A stretch of DNA of 64,000 nt from TPA_inf: Saccharomyces. Taxonomy: Eukaryota. This document shows positions 34,146 through 45,247 of this stretch, piece after piece. Position numbers and translations under genes: made by a program. The notes beneath the pieces were generated by a model. It ran no database searches and was not told the origin of the DNA. It was given only the letters and a program-made list of their open reading frames with translations. Position 1 is the stretch's first letter. Each line of letters opens with the position of its first letter. The DNA lies in NCBI GenBank assembly GCA_000146045.2, contig BK006949.2, positions 160,001 through 224,000 on the forward strand, given 5' to 3'.

Positions 34146-34511
34146 GCCCGACTGATAACAACAGTGTAGATGTAACAAAGTCGACTTTGTTCCCACTGTA
34201 CTTTTAGCTCGTACAAAATACAATATACTTTTCATTTCTCCGTAAACAACATGTTTTCCCATGTAATATCCTTTTCTATTTTTCGTTCCGTTACCAACTT
34301 TACACATACTTTATATAGCTATTCACTTCTATACACTAAAAAACTAAGACAATTTTAATTTTGCTGCCTGCCATATTTCAATTTGTTATAAATTCCTATA
34401 ATTTATCCTATTAGTAGCTAAAAAAAGATGAATGTGAATCGAATCCTAAGAGAATTCAACAGCGTAAAATACAAAGAGGATAACGACAACGAAAAAAAAT
34501 ACACTCCCTGA

Positions 34512-35426
34512 TTATGATGCCTCTGAGCTTGACATTTTCGTTGTCAACCAAGAAAACCATGAGCCAAAAAAGCGTCCTAACGCTCCCAGTAGCTTTTTCA
34601 AAACACTTTCATAATCTTCAGTATTGGCATCGCCTTCTTTTACAATTGACTTAGCGTTTTGATCGGCGGGTTTATCTATTTTCTGTATTTCTTCTTGTTC
34701 GGACATATCCGTATTTTCAGTATCAGAACCGTTGATCTCATGTTCTGATTCTTGCGTGTCGGTGACGTCTGTATCTTCATTAACTCTTGTGTTATCATTA
34801 TCATTACCTTCAGATAGATTGTCTAAACCTTTGTCCTGTTTATTCTCTGTCTGTTCCTGAGAAAAGTTTGGAGAGAGCTCCTTATTCTCTTCTTTTGGAT
34901 CTCTTTCTACTGGAACTTCGTTCAATGGAGCATGTTCATACTTTCTTTCTTTCCTGGTAGTCTCTTTTGCAAAAGCAGAACCATCTTGCGAAATAGCTGT
35001 TTTAGGGGAAGGAAACGTTACATTACCTTTTAAAGAAGGAGTTGGCGTCTCAGGGCCCTCATAGTACAACTCTGACCCATTTTCATTTGTATTGTGTGCA
35101 GTTTTGTCGCCCTCGTCCTTTTCTTCACCAGCGCTTCCGCCGTCCTCTTCGTTATTTAAAGTAGCAACATTGTTTTCATTGCTGTGCTCGTCCACCTCCT
35201 TTGGATACTCATCATCGGCAAACCAGTTACCGTTCTGATCTATAAATTTGAAATGTACCTTATCTTTATCATTATGTTTGGTTACCGAAGATTCATCAAA
35301 TTTGTATTCCCATTTCCCGCTACTGGTATTTATTTTCATGGGTACACCTTCCCAATTGGTAAACTCCCCAGCGATCTTCAACTCTGGAAAGTCTTCCGCC
35401 GGATGATCAAATACAATGGTGACCAT
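34512..35426 (-). CDS. UIP4: Ulp1-interacting protein, acidic low-complexity protein
   Basis: 304-aa ORF, ATG at 35426. D/E/N/T-rich and disordered. Position YPL186C. Confidence 0.7.
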   Translation of the reverse strand: MVTIVFDHPAEDFPELKIAGEFTNWEGVPMKINTSSGKWEYKFDESSVTKHNDKDKVHFKFIDQNGNWFADDEYPKEVDEHSNENNVATLNNEEDGGSAGEEKDEGDKTAHNTNENGSELYYEGPETPTPSLKGNVTFPSPKTAISQDGSAFAKETTRKERKYEHAPLNEVPVERDPKEENKELSPNFSQEQTENKQDKGLDNLSEGNDNDNTRVNEDTDVTDTQESEHEINGSDTENTDMSEQEEIQKIDKPADQNAKSIVKEGDANTEDYESVLKKLLGALGRFFGSWFSWLTTKMSSSEAS

Positions 35427-35949
35427 TATTTAGTTGCTTTGCCTATCTTAATGTTACAACCAAGTATGTATGTATGTACGTACGTATGCAAAGAAGTGGA
35501 TATAGAGAAGGAAAGTAGGGGAGAGAGGGAAAGAACAAAAAAATTGAAGTTATTTGAGATAGTCTTGTATTATTTATCTGTATGTACACCGTATTGGTGG
35601 AACATCACTGCCAAATTTTTTATCCCATTTTCACATAGTTCCCCTTAAAAGAAACTTTGTTAGTATCTTTAACCCTTTACACTGTGGGGGTAAAATATTA
35701 CCGCTTCGGAGATTTCTTTGACAGGGGAGCAGGGAAAAAGCGATGAGTGAAAGAAAGGGAATGCGATGATAAAGATGATAATGTTGCAAACGGTGAGAAA
35801 CTTGCAGATCGCAGTGGCTAATTCTTAATCTTTATATTTTAACAAGACTTCTAAACGTAAACCGCAGATTGCTGCATACATACAAGGATACACACACACA
35901 GACGGACACTAAACATCTACGTACATACATATACATATATACATAATGT

Positions 35950-37788
35950 TTAACGTGATTGGTGGGGGACGTTACCACATCTATCCTTGCCAAAGTTTAT
36001 TTTGAGATCTTTGAAATAGGGGTTAGACTTAATCTTGTCTAAGGCTAAAATAGCATTACTGATGTTAGTATAATTGATGAAACAACAGTTCTTCTCAGGC
36101 AAGAAATTGATTTGTTCCACTTCCCCATATTGCTGAAAGATATGTCTTAAGTTGCTTTCGGTGAAGACACGTTCATCTCTTAGGGAATCGCCGACAAAAT
36201 CAATATTACCCACATAAACATTTCTTGAGGCACCATTACTGACTGCCAAGGCGAGCGCATTTGGTAATGGGCCGGAGTGTTTACCCCAGCCGACTTTGCA
36301 ACGTTTTTTCTGGACTGTGAATCCATACAAAGAACTCATTGCATAAAACTGCGCAGCAGCAGTAGGATCAATGAATGTTACAAAACAGACGTATCGATCG
36401 TTCAATAGTTTTATACTTTGTAATAAACCTCCACGAACTGCATTACATATTTCTTCAATTTTAACATCCTTAGGCAAGCTGCCCAGGTAAACAGTCCTGT
36501 TACCCAAGTTATTGGGGCCGCCCGCAGATGTAGCAATTGCAGCAGCAGCAGCAGACTGTTGTAACAAAGCGTTAGATATAAATTCACGATCAGAAAACTC
36601 TATCATATGTTCCATACCAGGTTGTACACCTAGAAATTGAGCCGCATTATGTTGTTGAGTTTTGGTAATAAATGCACATCTGTCCTTTCCATAAAATATT
36701 CTCTTATTTTGATAGTATGGATTTCTAATTGGCAGATTCGTAACCACTTTTATAGCATTTAAAATAGACGCAAAATGAATAAAGGCGATTCCCTTTTCCT
36801 TGATAATTTTTATACAGTCAATTTCACCATATTCTTCTAAATCAACCCTCAATTGCTCCTCAGATAAATGTGATTCTTCGCCTTCAATCGTCATACGGCC
36901 AATGTATACATTTCTTGTGGCACCGTCCGTAGAGATTCTAGCCGCTACAATAGGATCAATTCGAGTTGGTTTCCCCCACCCGATTTTGATATCCCTGTCA
37001 CCGATGTTCAAGCGCTTTAAAATTGCGTCTGAATGGAACAATAGTGCAGCACTTTCATCTATAAACGAAACGAATGCACACATCTTTTCAGGTATGATTT
37101 TGACGTCTTCAACGACACCACTTCTGACATGATCCAATAACTCTTTAACGCTTAGGTTTGGTGGCACATTACCCAAATAAACAGTTCTACTTGGGGCCGA
37201 TGTAAAATTCAAAGGATTATTGGCTTGTGCATTAACTGGTAAAGGCGCATTTGCGTTGGTTACTGCAGTTGCAGTTGCCATAATAGTGGGTGACATGCCA
37301 TCAGATAACACATTTGGATTCTCATCATCAAAAGGAGAGACTTCATTTGATGACCTTTCATATTCATAATAACGATTGTTATTGTGGACAACTTCGTTAT
37401 CAATTTCGAAATTTTGTTCCTGTGAAAACCGTTGCTGTTGTGAATCATTTCGCTGCTTTGTCTGGAATTGAGTTGGTTGCTGTTGAATACGCTGATAATC
37501 AAAAATTCCGTCATTCTCGTAAAAGAACGAATCATTAGGCTCTCGTGTAAAGTCGGATGGTAAAAGAGTAAAATTACCATTCATAGGATACACAGCATCG
37601 CCAAAGTTTTGAGGGCCACTCGCATAAGTTTCTTGGTAAGGGCCGGAAGAACTGGACTGTTGATACATTGCAAAGTCATCGGAAGAAGGAAAAGGAGGGA
37701 ACATGTTATTATTGTTATTATTATTACTGATATTATTATTGTTATTGTTATTGTTATTGTTATTATTATTGTTATAAGAAACCACCAT
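35950..37788 (-). CDS. MRN1: Multi-RRM RNA-binding protein
   Basis: 612 aa. N-terminal poly-N (N17..N7). Several RRMs (e.g. RTVYLGNVPPNLSVKELLDHVRSG, RNVYIGRM, RTVYLGSLPKDVKIEEICNAVRGG, RNVYVGNIDF). Confidence 0.85.
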   Translation of the reverse strand: MVVSYNNNNNNNNNNNNNNISNNNNNNNMFPPFPSSDDFAMYQQSSSSGPYQETYASGPQNFGDAVYPMNGNFTLLPSDFTREPNDSFFYENDGIFDYQRIQQQPTQFQTKQRNDSQQQRFSQEQNFEIDNEVVHNNNRYYEYERSSNEVSPFDDENPNVLSDGMSPTIMATATAVTNANAPLPVNAQANNPLNFTSAPSRTVYLGNVPPNLSVKELLDHVRSGVVEDVKIIPEKMCAFVSFIDESAALLFHSDAILKRLNIGDRDIKIGWGKPTRIDPIVAARISTDGATRNVYIGRMTIEGEESHLSEEQLRVDLEEYGEIDCIKIIKEKGIAFIHFASILNAIKVVTNLPIRNPYYQNKRIFYGKDRCAFITKTQQHNAAQFLGVQPGMEHMIEFSDREFISNALLQQSAAAAAIATSAGGPNNLGNRTVYLGSLPKDVKIEEICNAVRGGLLQSIKLLNDRYVCFVTFIDPTAAAQFYAMSSLYGFTVQKKRCKVGWGKHSGPLPNALALAVSNGASRNVYVGNIDFVGDSLRDERVFTESNLRHIFQQYGEVEQINFLPEKNCCFINYTNISNAILALDKIKSNPYFKDLKINFGKDRCGNVPHQSR

Positions 37789-38974
37789 GTTTTAATGCAA
37801 TTGAAGTAGTATGTGATGGTGAAGAAAAAAAAAAATACAACGATAGTTCTTTGTTTTTCTTTAGGAAATATCTGAATAGAAAAGGCTTCAACGACCAGAA
37901 TTGAAAAAATAAAATAGTATTAGCAAAGAAAAATATGATATTTTTTTTCAAAAAAAAAAAGAGTGTCCTTGAGAATTGAAGTTGGAAACGGATATTAATT
38001 AGACAAAAAAAATGATGAAGAAAGATAAAGTGAAAAATATGAGGCTGGAATGGACAGTTGAACCAATTAAGGAGCCTAATTGGTAAAGCAGAACAGGTGA
38101 GTCAGAAGACTTAAAAAGGGGCAAATATCAAATAACGGAAGAACGAAGAAAATAGAAGAATACAATGTTCAAAAGAAATGAAGCGTATGTGTATCTAAAG
38201 GAAAGGTACAGAGACTATCAGTTCTAGAAATTGTAAATTGGTAAAATAAACAGAGAAAGGAAGCTTAAGGAGAGAATTCAGTGGGGAATGTGACTCTGTG
38301 AAAATAATGTATAAGAGTGGGCAACGGTGTTCTCGTAGATATAGCGCTGTGCTGAACCAAGTTTAGTTTTTTTTACTTTCCACCAAAGGCAAAGAAACTG
38401 ATTAATTTATTGCTGTGACGAAGGGATGGAGTATGATTGCGGTTGTGACTGAATCTCTTTGTAGACTTTCGGACAACCACAAGATCCACTTTCTGGTAAA
38501 GTTAATTTCAAGATCGTGTTTTTTTCTGTCTTTTCTTTCTCTTCTCATAGCCAAAATCGTACCACAAGGAAAAAAAGCACCGGGTTACCATGATGGTGGA
38601 ATCCCACTGTAAGAACATAAGAATGATAAGTACGCAACTGCCACGGCAGTTGGAAGAAAGACATAGTCTGCCCTCATTCGGCGTGTATTATTGGACGTCA
38701 AGTTACCTTTTCCAAGTGTTTCCCTTTTTTGTCTTTTGAATTTGTCAATAGGGAGTGAAAGGTCCATAGTTCAAGGGCATTCCAAAAGTGAGGATAAAAA
38801 AAGCGTAGTCATAAACACTTCAACGGTGTTGCCGAGAATGACGACGGTCCGGTAGAAGGTGGTGCTTTTATCTATGTATTAGTTATTTACTATCTGCGTA
38901 ACGAAACTATGATTTTTTTTTTCTCTCACCCAAGCCGAAATTAAAAATTCTGTCTTCGCACTTATTCCAAATAG

Positions 38975-39376
<402 letters not shown>

Positions 39377-39494
39377 AAGATGTAAATCTCTTCGCTGTTC
39401 TCCGTTCGGGTGTTTACAAAATATTCTCATTTTCTAAAATCTGTAAATAATACATATCTATAATATTCTTTTATGTATATGTTAATTTTTTGTA

Positions 39495-42400
39495 TCATTT
39501 TTTCCAAATTGATAAACCAACACCTCCGATCAGTAACGTTTTCTCAGAATCAGCATCTTCATCATTGGAAATGATTTCTAATGATCCTGTATCCGCCACA
39601 GTGGTACGCTTTTTATCTACCAGTGAAAGCTTGCCTGCGGTAATTTCCCAAGCGCGTATTACTTGATCAACCGATGTGGTAATGACTTCTTTGCCACCAT
39701 TAATCAACATACCGGACGTTATTGTCGAAGAAGCTGCTGCAGCGATAAAGTCACTTGTTTTTAACGTTACTTTATTCGAGTCATCTAATTTCAGGTTGCT
39801 TAACCCTAAACCATTATCATCACCCCCTGTCAAAATTGTGGCGGAAGTTCTTGTAGCATTAGCAACATAGTCTAGGGACTTGACACCAGATTGATGTACC
39901 GGCAACTGCGCTACAGGTGCGGGAAGATTTGAGATAGTAGCGTCCAGTTTGTGGTCAACCAAATCGCCAGAAATCGGATCAACGGAAAATGGTACGTACT
40001 CGGTTATATTATAAACCACTAAATGTCCATCAGTTGGTGAAATGACAACAAGGAGCTCTTCTTTCAGTGCAATAAATACGACGTTGAATAAACAGCACGT
40101 CTTATAACGACCTTGCATGATCAGGTCAAACTTATTCTGATTTTCCCTATAGTGCCAAATCTTTATTGTTGAATCTGAATAAACAGTAACTAATAAGAAG
40201 TCACCTGACTGTGATATAAATTTGACATCAAAATCCATGATCCTTAGATCAGAATTATTTGTGGATACAGGTAAAGCTTGTCGTATGGTCATATATGGTC
40301 GTTTATTATACTTATCGTTCAATTCCCATAAGAATAACTCCTCTCTAGCTGAAGATGATATCATTAGTTTGTGATTTATAAACTGACAACGTTGTAATCC
40401 AGACACATGCTTTCTTTGTGTCCAAAAATTCTGCACCTTCCCTGTTCTATTGTTAAAATATCCCAGCTTAATTGTAGTATCTTCAGATGCAGTACAGAAT
40501 ATATGCCCATCCTTAAAATTGTCATTCGTGTTGGTATTTGAAACAGGACAGATTGAAATATCTCTGATTTCCCTTCCGTGTACACCATTTTCTAAAGTTT
40601 CAGGCACAATGGAGTTGTAAATTTTCCTTAAATGAAATCGGGATGCCTTAATATACATTAATACGTGGCCATCAGTAATTTTTGCGAGATTCCACAGACG
40701 ATGGGAACCACCACAAACTTCACTAGCTAGTTCATAACAGTTGGTTTCATTGTAGAGATAAAACAAGCTGGACTTGAACCCATAAGTAATGTATTCACCT
40801 TTTGAATTAAAGAAAGCGCCCTCCAAGAAACCTTTCATCATCTTATTAGAATGCAAGACCTTATAACTTAGTCGGTAGGGACCCTCTTCCAAACTGTTTT
40901 TCGTCAACTCAATAAATACATAATAGCCATCCCTATTTGTTACTGAGAAGACCGCAGAGTTGTCTTTATCTTCTACAAATTCGATTGAGGTTGTAGTGTC
41001 TCCGGGACTTAATCTCCTAATTATGAAGGGCTCCTCGCTCTCATCAAGTAAGTTGTAGATTACTAATGTACTAAAACGTGAGCCGACTAAAATATGATTT
41101 CGGAAGGAGGTCAAACATGAGGAAGAAAAATTTTCCGGCTTATTGAAACAGTGCTTGCTTTTAATTTTTAAGTTCTGAAGGCTTATTTCCAAACATACAA
41201 ACTTCTCTCGAGGATTTGGGGATTGTAAAGTCAATAGGAAGGAGTCATCATCGTATTCTGTAACGAGACAGTTATTTGTCTTAGAAAGCTCATCTAAATG
41301 GAATTCTTCGGTCTCAATTATGTCAGCGCTATCTTTGCTAAATTTGATAAGAAGGATGTCACTTTTATTATTGGAAAAGACAGCGATATTTTGCGTTTGA
41401 ATCCCATTTGTAATTGGATACGAGTTGAATTTTTCATTTGTTAGTAACAACTTCCATTGTTTCGTGACATCACTGTATTTAAGTATTTTACCCAATGAAG
41501 TGATAGCAATTACACCGAATGAAAACCATTGAAATCCCTTGATACTTTCATTCTTTTCGAAAATATCGCCACATTGCTTTGCGATATCATCTAGACTGAA
41601 CGATGTTTCTTCATCGCCGTGTCTCTTCAGTTGAAGAAGATCAATCAGCTTTAACCTACCATCATTCCCGGAGGTTACAGCTATCATTTCGTCGTCTTTC
41701 ACATCAACGCCCCATATACTCTTGATTAAATGTACTTCGTAAACGTTAGATATGGATAATTCGGCAACGTTTTCTCGTGATTCGATAATGTTCCATACAC
41801 GGCATGTGCAATCTTCAGAAACACTTATTAGTTTTGAATCATTATCAAAAAACATTAAATTCCATATTCTTGCCGTATGGCTCCAGCCAACAGACAGCTG
41901 CTTGCCAGTTTCTAAATCCCACAGTCTAATTGATCTGTCGTCAGAGCAACTGGCAACATATCTTCCGTTGTTGCTTAAATTAACATAAAAGATAGAACCT
42001 TCATGACCCAGTAAGTTATGAATTTTTGTCTCCGAGAACAGGTCCCAAATGATAACACCGCCCATTACAGTACCAGCGTTAACATATACTTTATCCGGAC
42101 CGAAAACTTTAATTATACCGGAATATAGAATAGATCTTTCTCCCCCAAGAGACTTCCTAAAAAGAACTTCACAATTTAAATCACAAATTAGCACTTTATT
42201 ATAACATGTTAACAAATATATTTGCAAGTTGTCAAAGCTGAATGTAGCACCGGTAATCCAATCTGAGTTAATCCTTTCGAAATCCACCAATGACTCTTTC
42301 TTTAAAACGTCTTCAAGTTCCACTATTGTTACTGATCTTGCACCATAGGCCAAAATTTTCCCTTCACTAGAAAGGCTAAGTCCATGAACTTTATTGTAGT

Positions 42401-42536
42401 GAAATAGCCTACATTTGTTAATCAACGTAGCCGAATGATAGTCATAGACATGGATGAAAGGCCCATAACCAGCTAGAACATAATCATTGTAAAATTTAAC
42501 ACATAGCGCAGGACCATAATGAGACAAGTCCTTCAT
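39495..42536 (-). CDS. RTT10: WD40-repeat protein, tRNA 2'-O-methyltransferase cofactor
   Basis: The first ATG is at 42536 ([11 protein letters not shown]..), giving 1013 aa. The ORF-track start at 42545 is GTG. Multiple WD-like repeats ([26 protein letters not shown]). Confidence 0.78.
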
Positions 42537-43420
42537 TTTAATCACTTATTCTTCTTCAATGAGCAACTTCAATTGGCGGGAATGAGAAGCTAAATAACGA
42601 TGAGGTCCGCTAGCAGAAGTTTTTTCATGCTCATATTTTTCCACTTTTTTTTTCTTACATTTTTTTTTTCAGCAGCGTCGTTTTTTGTGAGACGCCGATG
42701 TGTATGCTAGGCTTAAATCTATCATTCAGACCCCAGTGTAAAACATAAGCGGTGAAAAGTACGTAGGGTAGTATACAACTCACCAAAGCACGACTACGTG
42801 AAAATGACCCTGAGAGTATCATCAATGTTATCGGCTGTATAAATAATACACCAGAACAAATTCCTCTTAAAGATGTAGGCAAGACCAGACTCAGTTTCTC
42901 TGAGCAGTACCTTCAATTTTCAATTTTTGATAGATGTTCGTCACTAATATTTTTTTATTGAGTTAAGTTCACCCACTTCTGGCACTTCTTATAACCTTGA
43001 TAATTAAAAAGACCTCGGCGGTTATTTTTTATTTTGAGCAGTTATAAAGGGCATTACCCTCATCATCTTGCGGAAATAGGACGGAGCACGTCGCAGACAG
43101 GCTTTAACGTAATCAATTAGTTTTGAAAAATTTCTCCGCTATGGGTAAACTAGGTAAACCGCACAGCACAATCAGCTGCATTTTCTATTTTCAATTTTCT
43201 ATTGGTGGCTTTTCACTGCATGATCAAAAAATAACGTTTTGTTGATTAGTTTTTTCTTTTTTGTTCTTGTTGGTTTTCGTATATGAATTTTATGTAACTG
43301 GGTATTTACAGGGGTACAAAGTTCACAACAGAGACCATCAATAGTTTGTTTCCTTCGAAGTTTACTTTGCGTAACCTTACTAAAAGATAGCATAAACATA
43401 TAGGAGTATAGAGAAGAGTA

Positions 43421-44941
43421 ATGGAATCGACAGCAATAGTGCCTAAAGGCCCTGTTGTGGGTAGTGAAGATATGGAGAAAGCGGAAGTCATTGCTAGTGG
43501 GTCCACAGACATTATATCAACAACATCAACAGCGACAACAACGGCGGCGATTGGAAGTGTACAGGAAGAAAGTGTAAAACAAGAAGATGTTCCTATGGAA
43601 GGTGGAGAGGGGGAAGTCGAGGAAGAGGAAGGCGAAACTCGCTGTATCTGTGGAGAGCTCGATACTCCAGATGACTCCGGATTTTTCATTCAATGTGAGC
43701 AGTGCAGTTCCTGGCAGCACGGTTATTGTGTGAGTATTACTCAAGACAACGCACCTGATAAATATTGGTGCGAGCAATGCAGACCGGAGTTACATCAGCT
43801 CTTTACCACAGATACTGGCGAAGCAAGGTCAATCTATAAACCTGTGCAAGAGAAAAGGAGGCAATCAAGAAGGAAGGCACGAAGTGCAGCTGCAAGTAAA
43901 TCTCATGCCGCCAATGAAGCAGAGAAAAGTCCCAGAAATACCAGCAATACCGATGATAACGTCGACGATATCGGCGACGAAGAAGATGAAGTAGAAGATG
44001 AAGCTTCGGCTGTAGCATTAGCCAAGGACGGCAACACGAGGTCAAGTAGAAGGAGGAGGAGGAATTCAATGGATGATGCTTCTACCGATCAGTATTCACT
44101 GGATCCTGGAGATAGTGATAAGAAGCTACTGGATAGAAAAAGGGCAACTTTCATGGCAAGAGAAGAAAAGCAATATCAAAGAATGCTTGAAAAAGCCTTG
44201 AAAGAAAGCAGGAGGACATCACATCAAGAAGATCCTGAAAGTTATGAAAATGATGCTGATATATACCAAGGTGATACCGACAATCACAACGGCACCACTC
44301 GATTACAAACGGATGTTATGCTAACGGAAGGCAAACCGGACTCGGTAACAAATGATGATATGAAAGAAAGCCTACGACCATCGAAAGAGCAATCAATGGA
44401 AAAAACAAATGATGTGGAAAAAGAAGCTAGTCAAGAAAAGGAATCTTCTACGGGTTCGGCGCAAGACACTGAGAAAACTGATGAACCCATCCTACCCCTA
44501 ACCTCAATATCTTCTTCTGAGGATGATTCAAGGAAAGCTAGTTCGAGGGGTTCTAAAAGAGTTTCCAAACCAGCAAGAAAGGGCAACAGAACTCGTCGAA
44601 GCAATACAAGTTCAGACACCAACCAAAATAGAAGGAGTGCTGATATAGGTACCGACAAACCAGTAAAGCCCAGATTACCCCCTCAAAGGACCTCATTAAA
44701 CGAAATGAGAAGAAGGGTATCCGCTATTTTGGAGTTCATTTCTAGAACTCAATGGGAATTGAGTGAAGATCAGTCTGATCGAGAGGAATTTGTACGATTC
44801 GTGGAAAACCAGCATTTCGTAGAAAAAGTTGATACGATTTACAACGGTTATAATGAAAGTCTATCAATGATGGACGACCTGACTAGAGAGTTACTACTAT
44901 GGGAGAAAAAATATTCAAATAACACTAATGCCATTCAATAA
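43421..44941 (+). CDS. CTI6: PHD-finger subunit of the Rpd3L histone deacetylase complex
   Basis: 506 aa. PHD finger CICGELDTPDDSGFFIQCEQCSSWQHGYCVSI..YWCEQC. Acidic and basic disordered regions. Confidence 0.88.
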   Translation: MESTAIVPKGPVVGSEDMEKAEVIASGSTDIISTTSTATTTAAIGSVQEESVKQEDVPMEGGEGEVEEEEGETRCICGELDTPDDSGFFIQCEQCSSWQHGYCVSITQDNAPDKYWCEQCRPELHQLFTTDTGEARSIYKPVQEKRRQSRRKARSAAASKSHAANEAEKSPRNTSNTDDNVDDIGDEEDEVEDEASAVALAKDGNTRSSRRRRRNSMDDASTDQYSLDPGDSDKKLLDRKRATFMAREEKQYQRMLEKALKESRRTSHQEDPESYENDADIYQGDTDNHNGTTRLQTDVMLTEGKPDSVTNDDMKESLRPSKEQSMEKTNDVEKEASQEKESSTGSAQDTEKTDEPILPLTSISSSEDDSRKASSRGSKRVSKPARKGNRTRRSNTSSDTNQNRRSADIGTDKPVKPRLPPQRTSLNEMRRRVSAILEFISRTQWELSEDQSDREEFVRFVENQHFVEKVDTIYNGYNESLSMMDDLTRELLLWEKKYSNNTNAIQ

Positions 44942-45247
44942 ACGCAAAACACTGCAATATTATTCTCAACCAAAGTATAACTGTAATGAGGCGAACAAAC
45001 ACATCTATACATATATATACATCTATATGGATATAAAAACGACTAATTCAACGTTGTTTTTATCAACCGAGCTTACTCTTGTACGGGTAACCGCAAGGAT
45101 AGCTAGTTGCGGATGGTATAGCGATTTGGCTGGCACGATGATTAAGGAATCCAAACATCTAATGGACTAGCACATTCTATCGATTTACGGGTCAGGTAAA
45201 CATAGATATTGGGATATATCATATATCCTTACTGAGTAACTATAATT

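Noticed and set aside
33767-34161. Two antisense ORFs (104 and 96 aa) across the alpha-factor repeats
   Set aside because: They are periodic echoes of the 63-nt tandem repeat and not independent genes.
35184-35648. 154-aa + strand ORF overlapping the UIP4 5' end (position of dubious YPL185W)
   Set aside because: It overlaps the UIP4 coding start on the opposite strand and is a hydrophobic low-complexity translation with no recognisable features.
43306-43689. 127-aa ORF antisense to the CTI6 5' end (position of dubious YPL182C)
   Set aside because: It overlaps the CTI6 start region. The S-rich translation reflects the antisense of acidic codons. No independent support.
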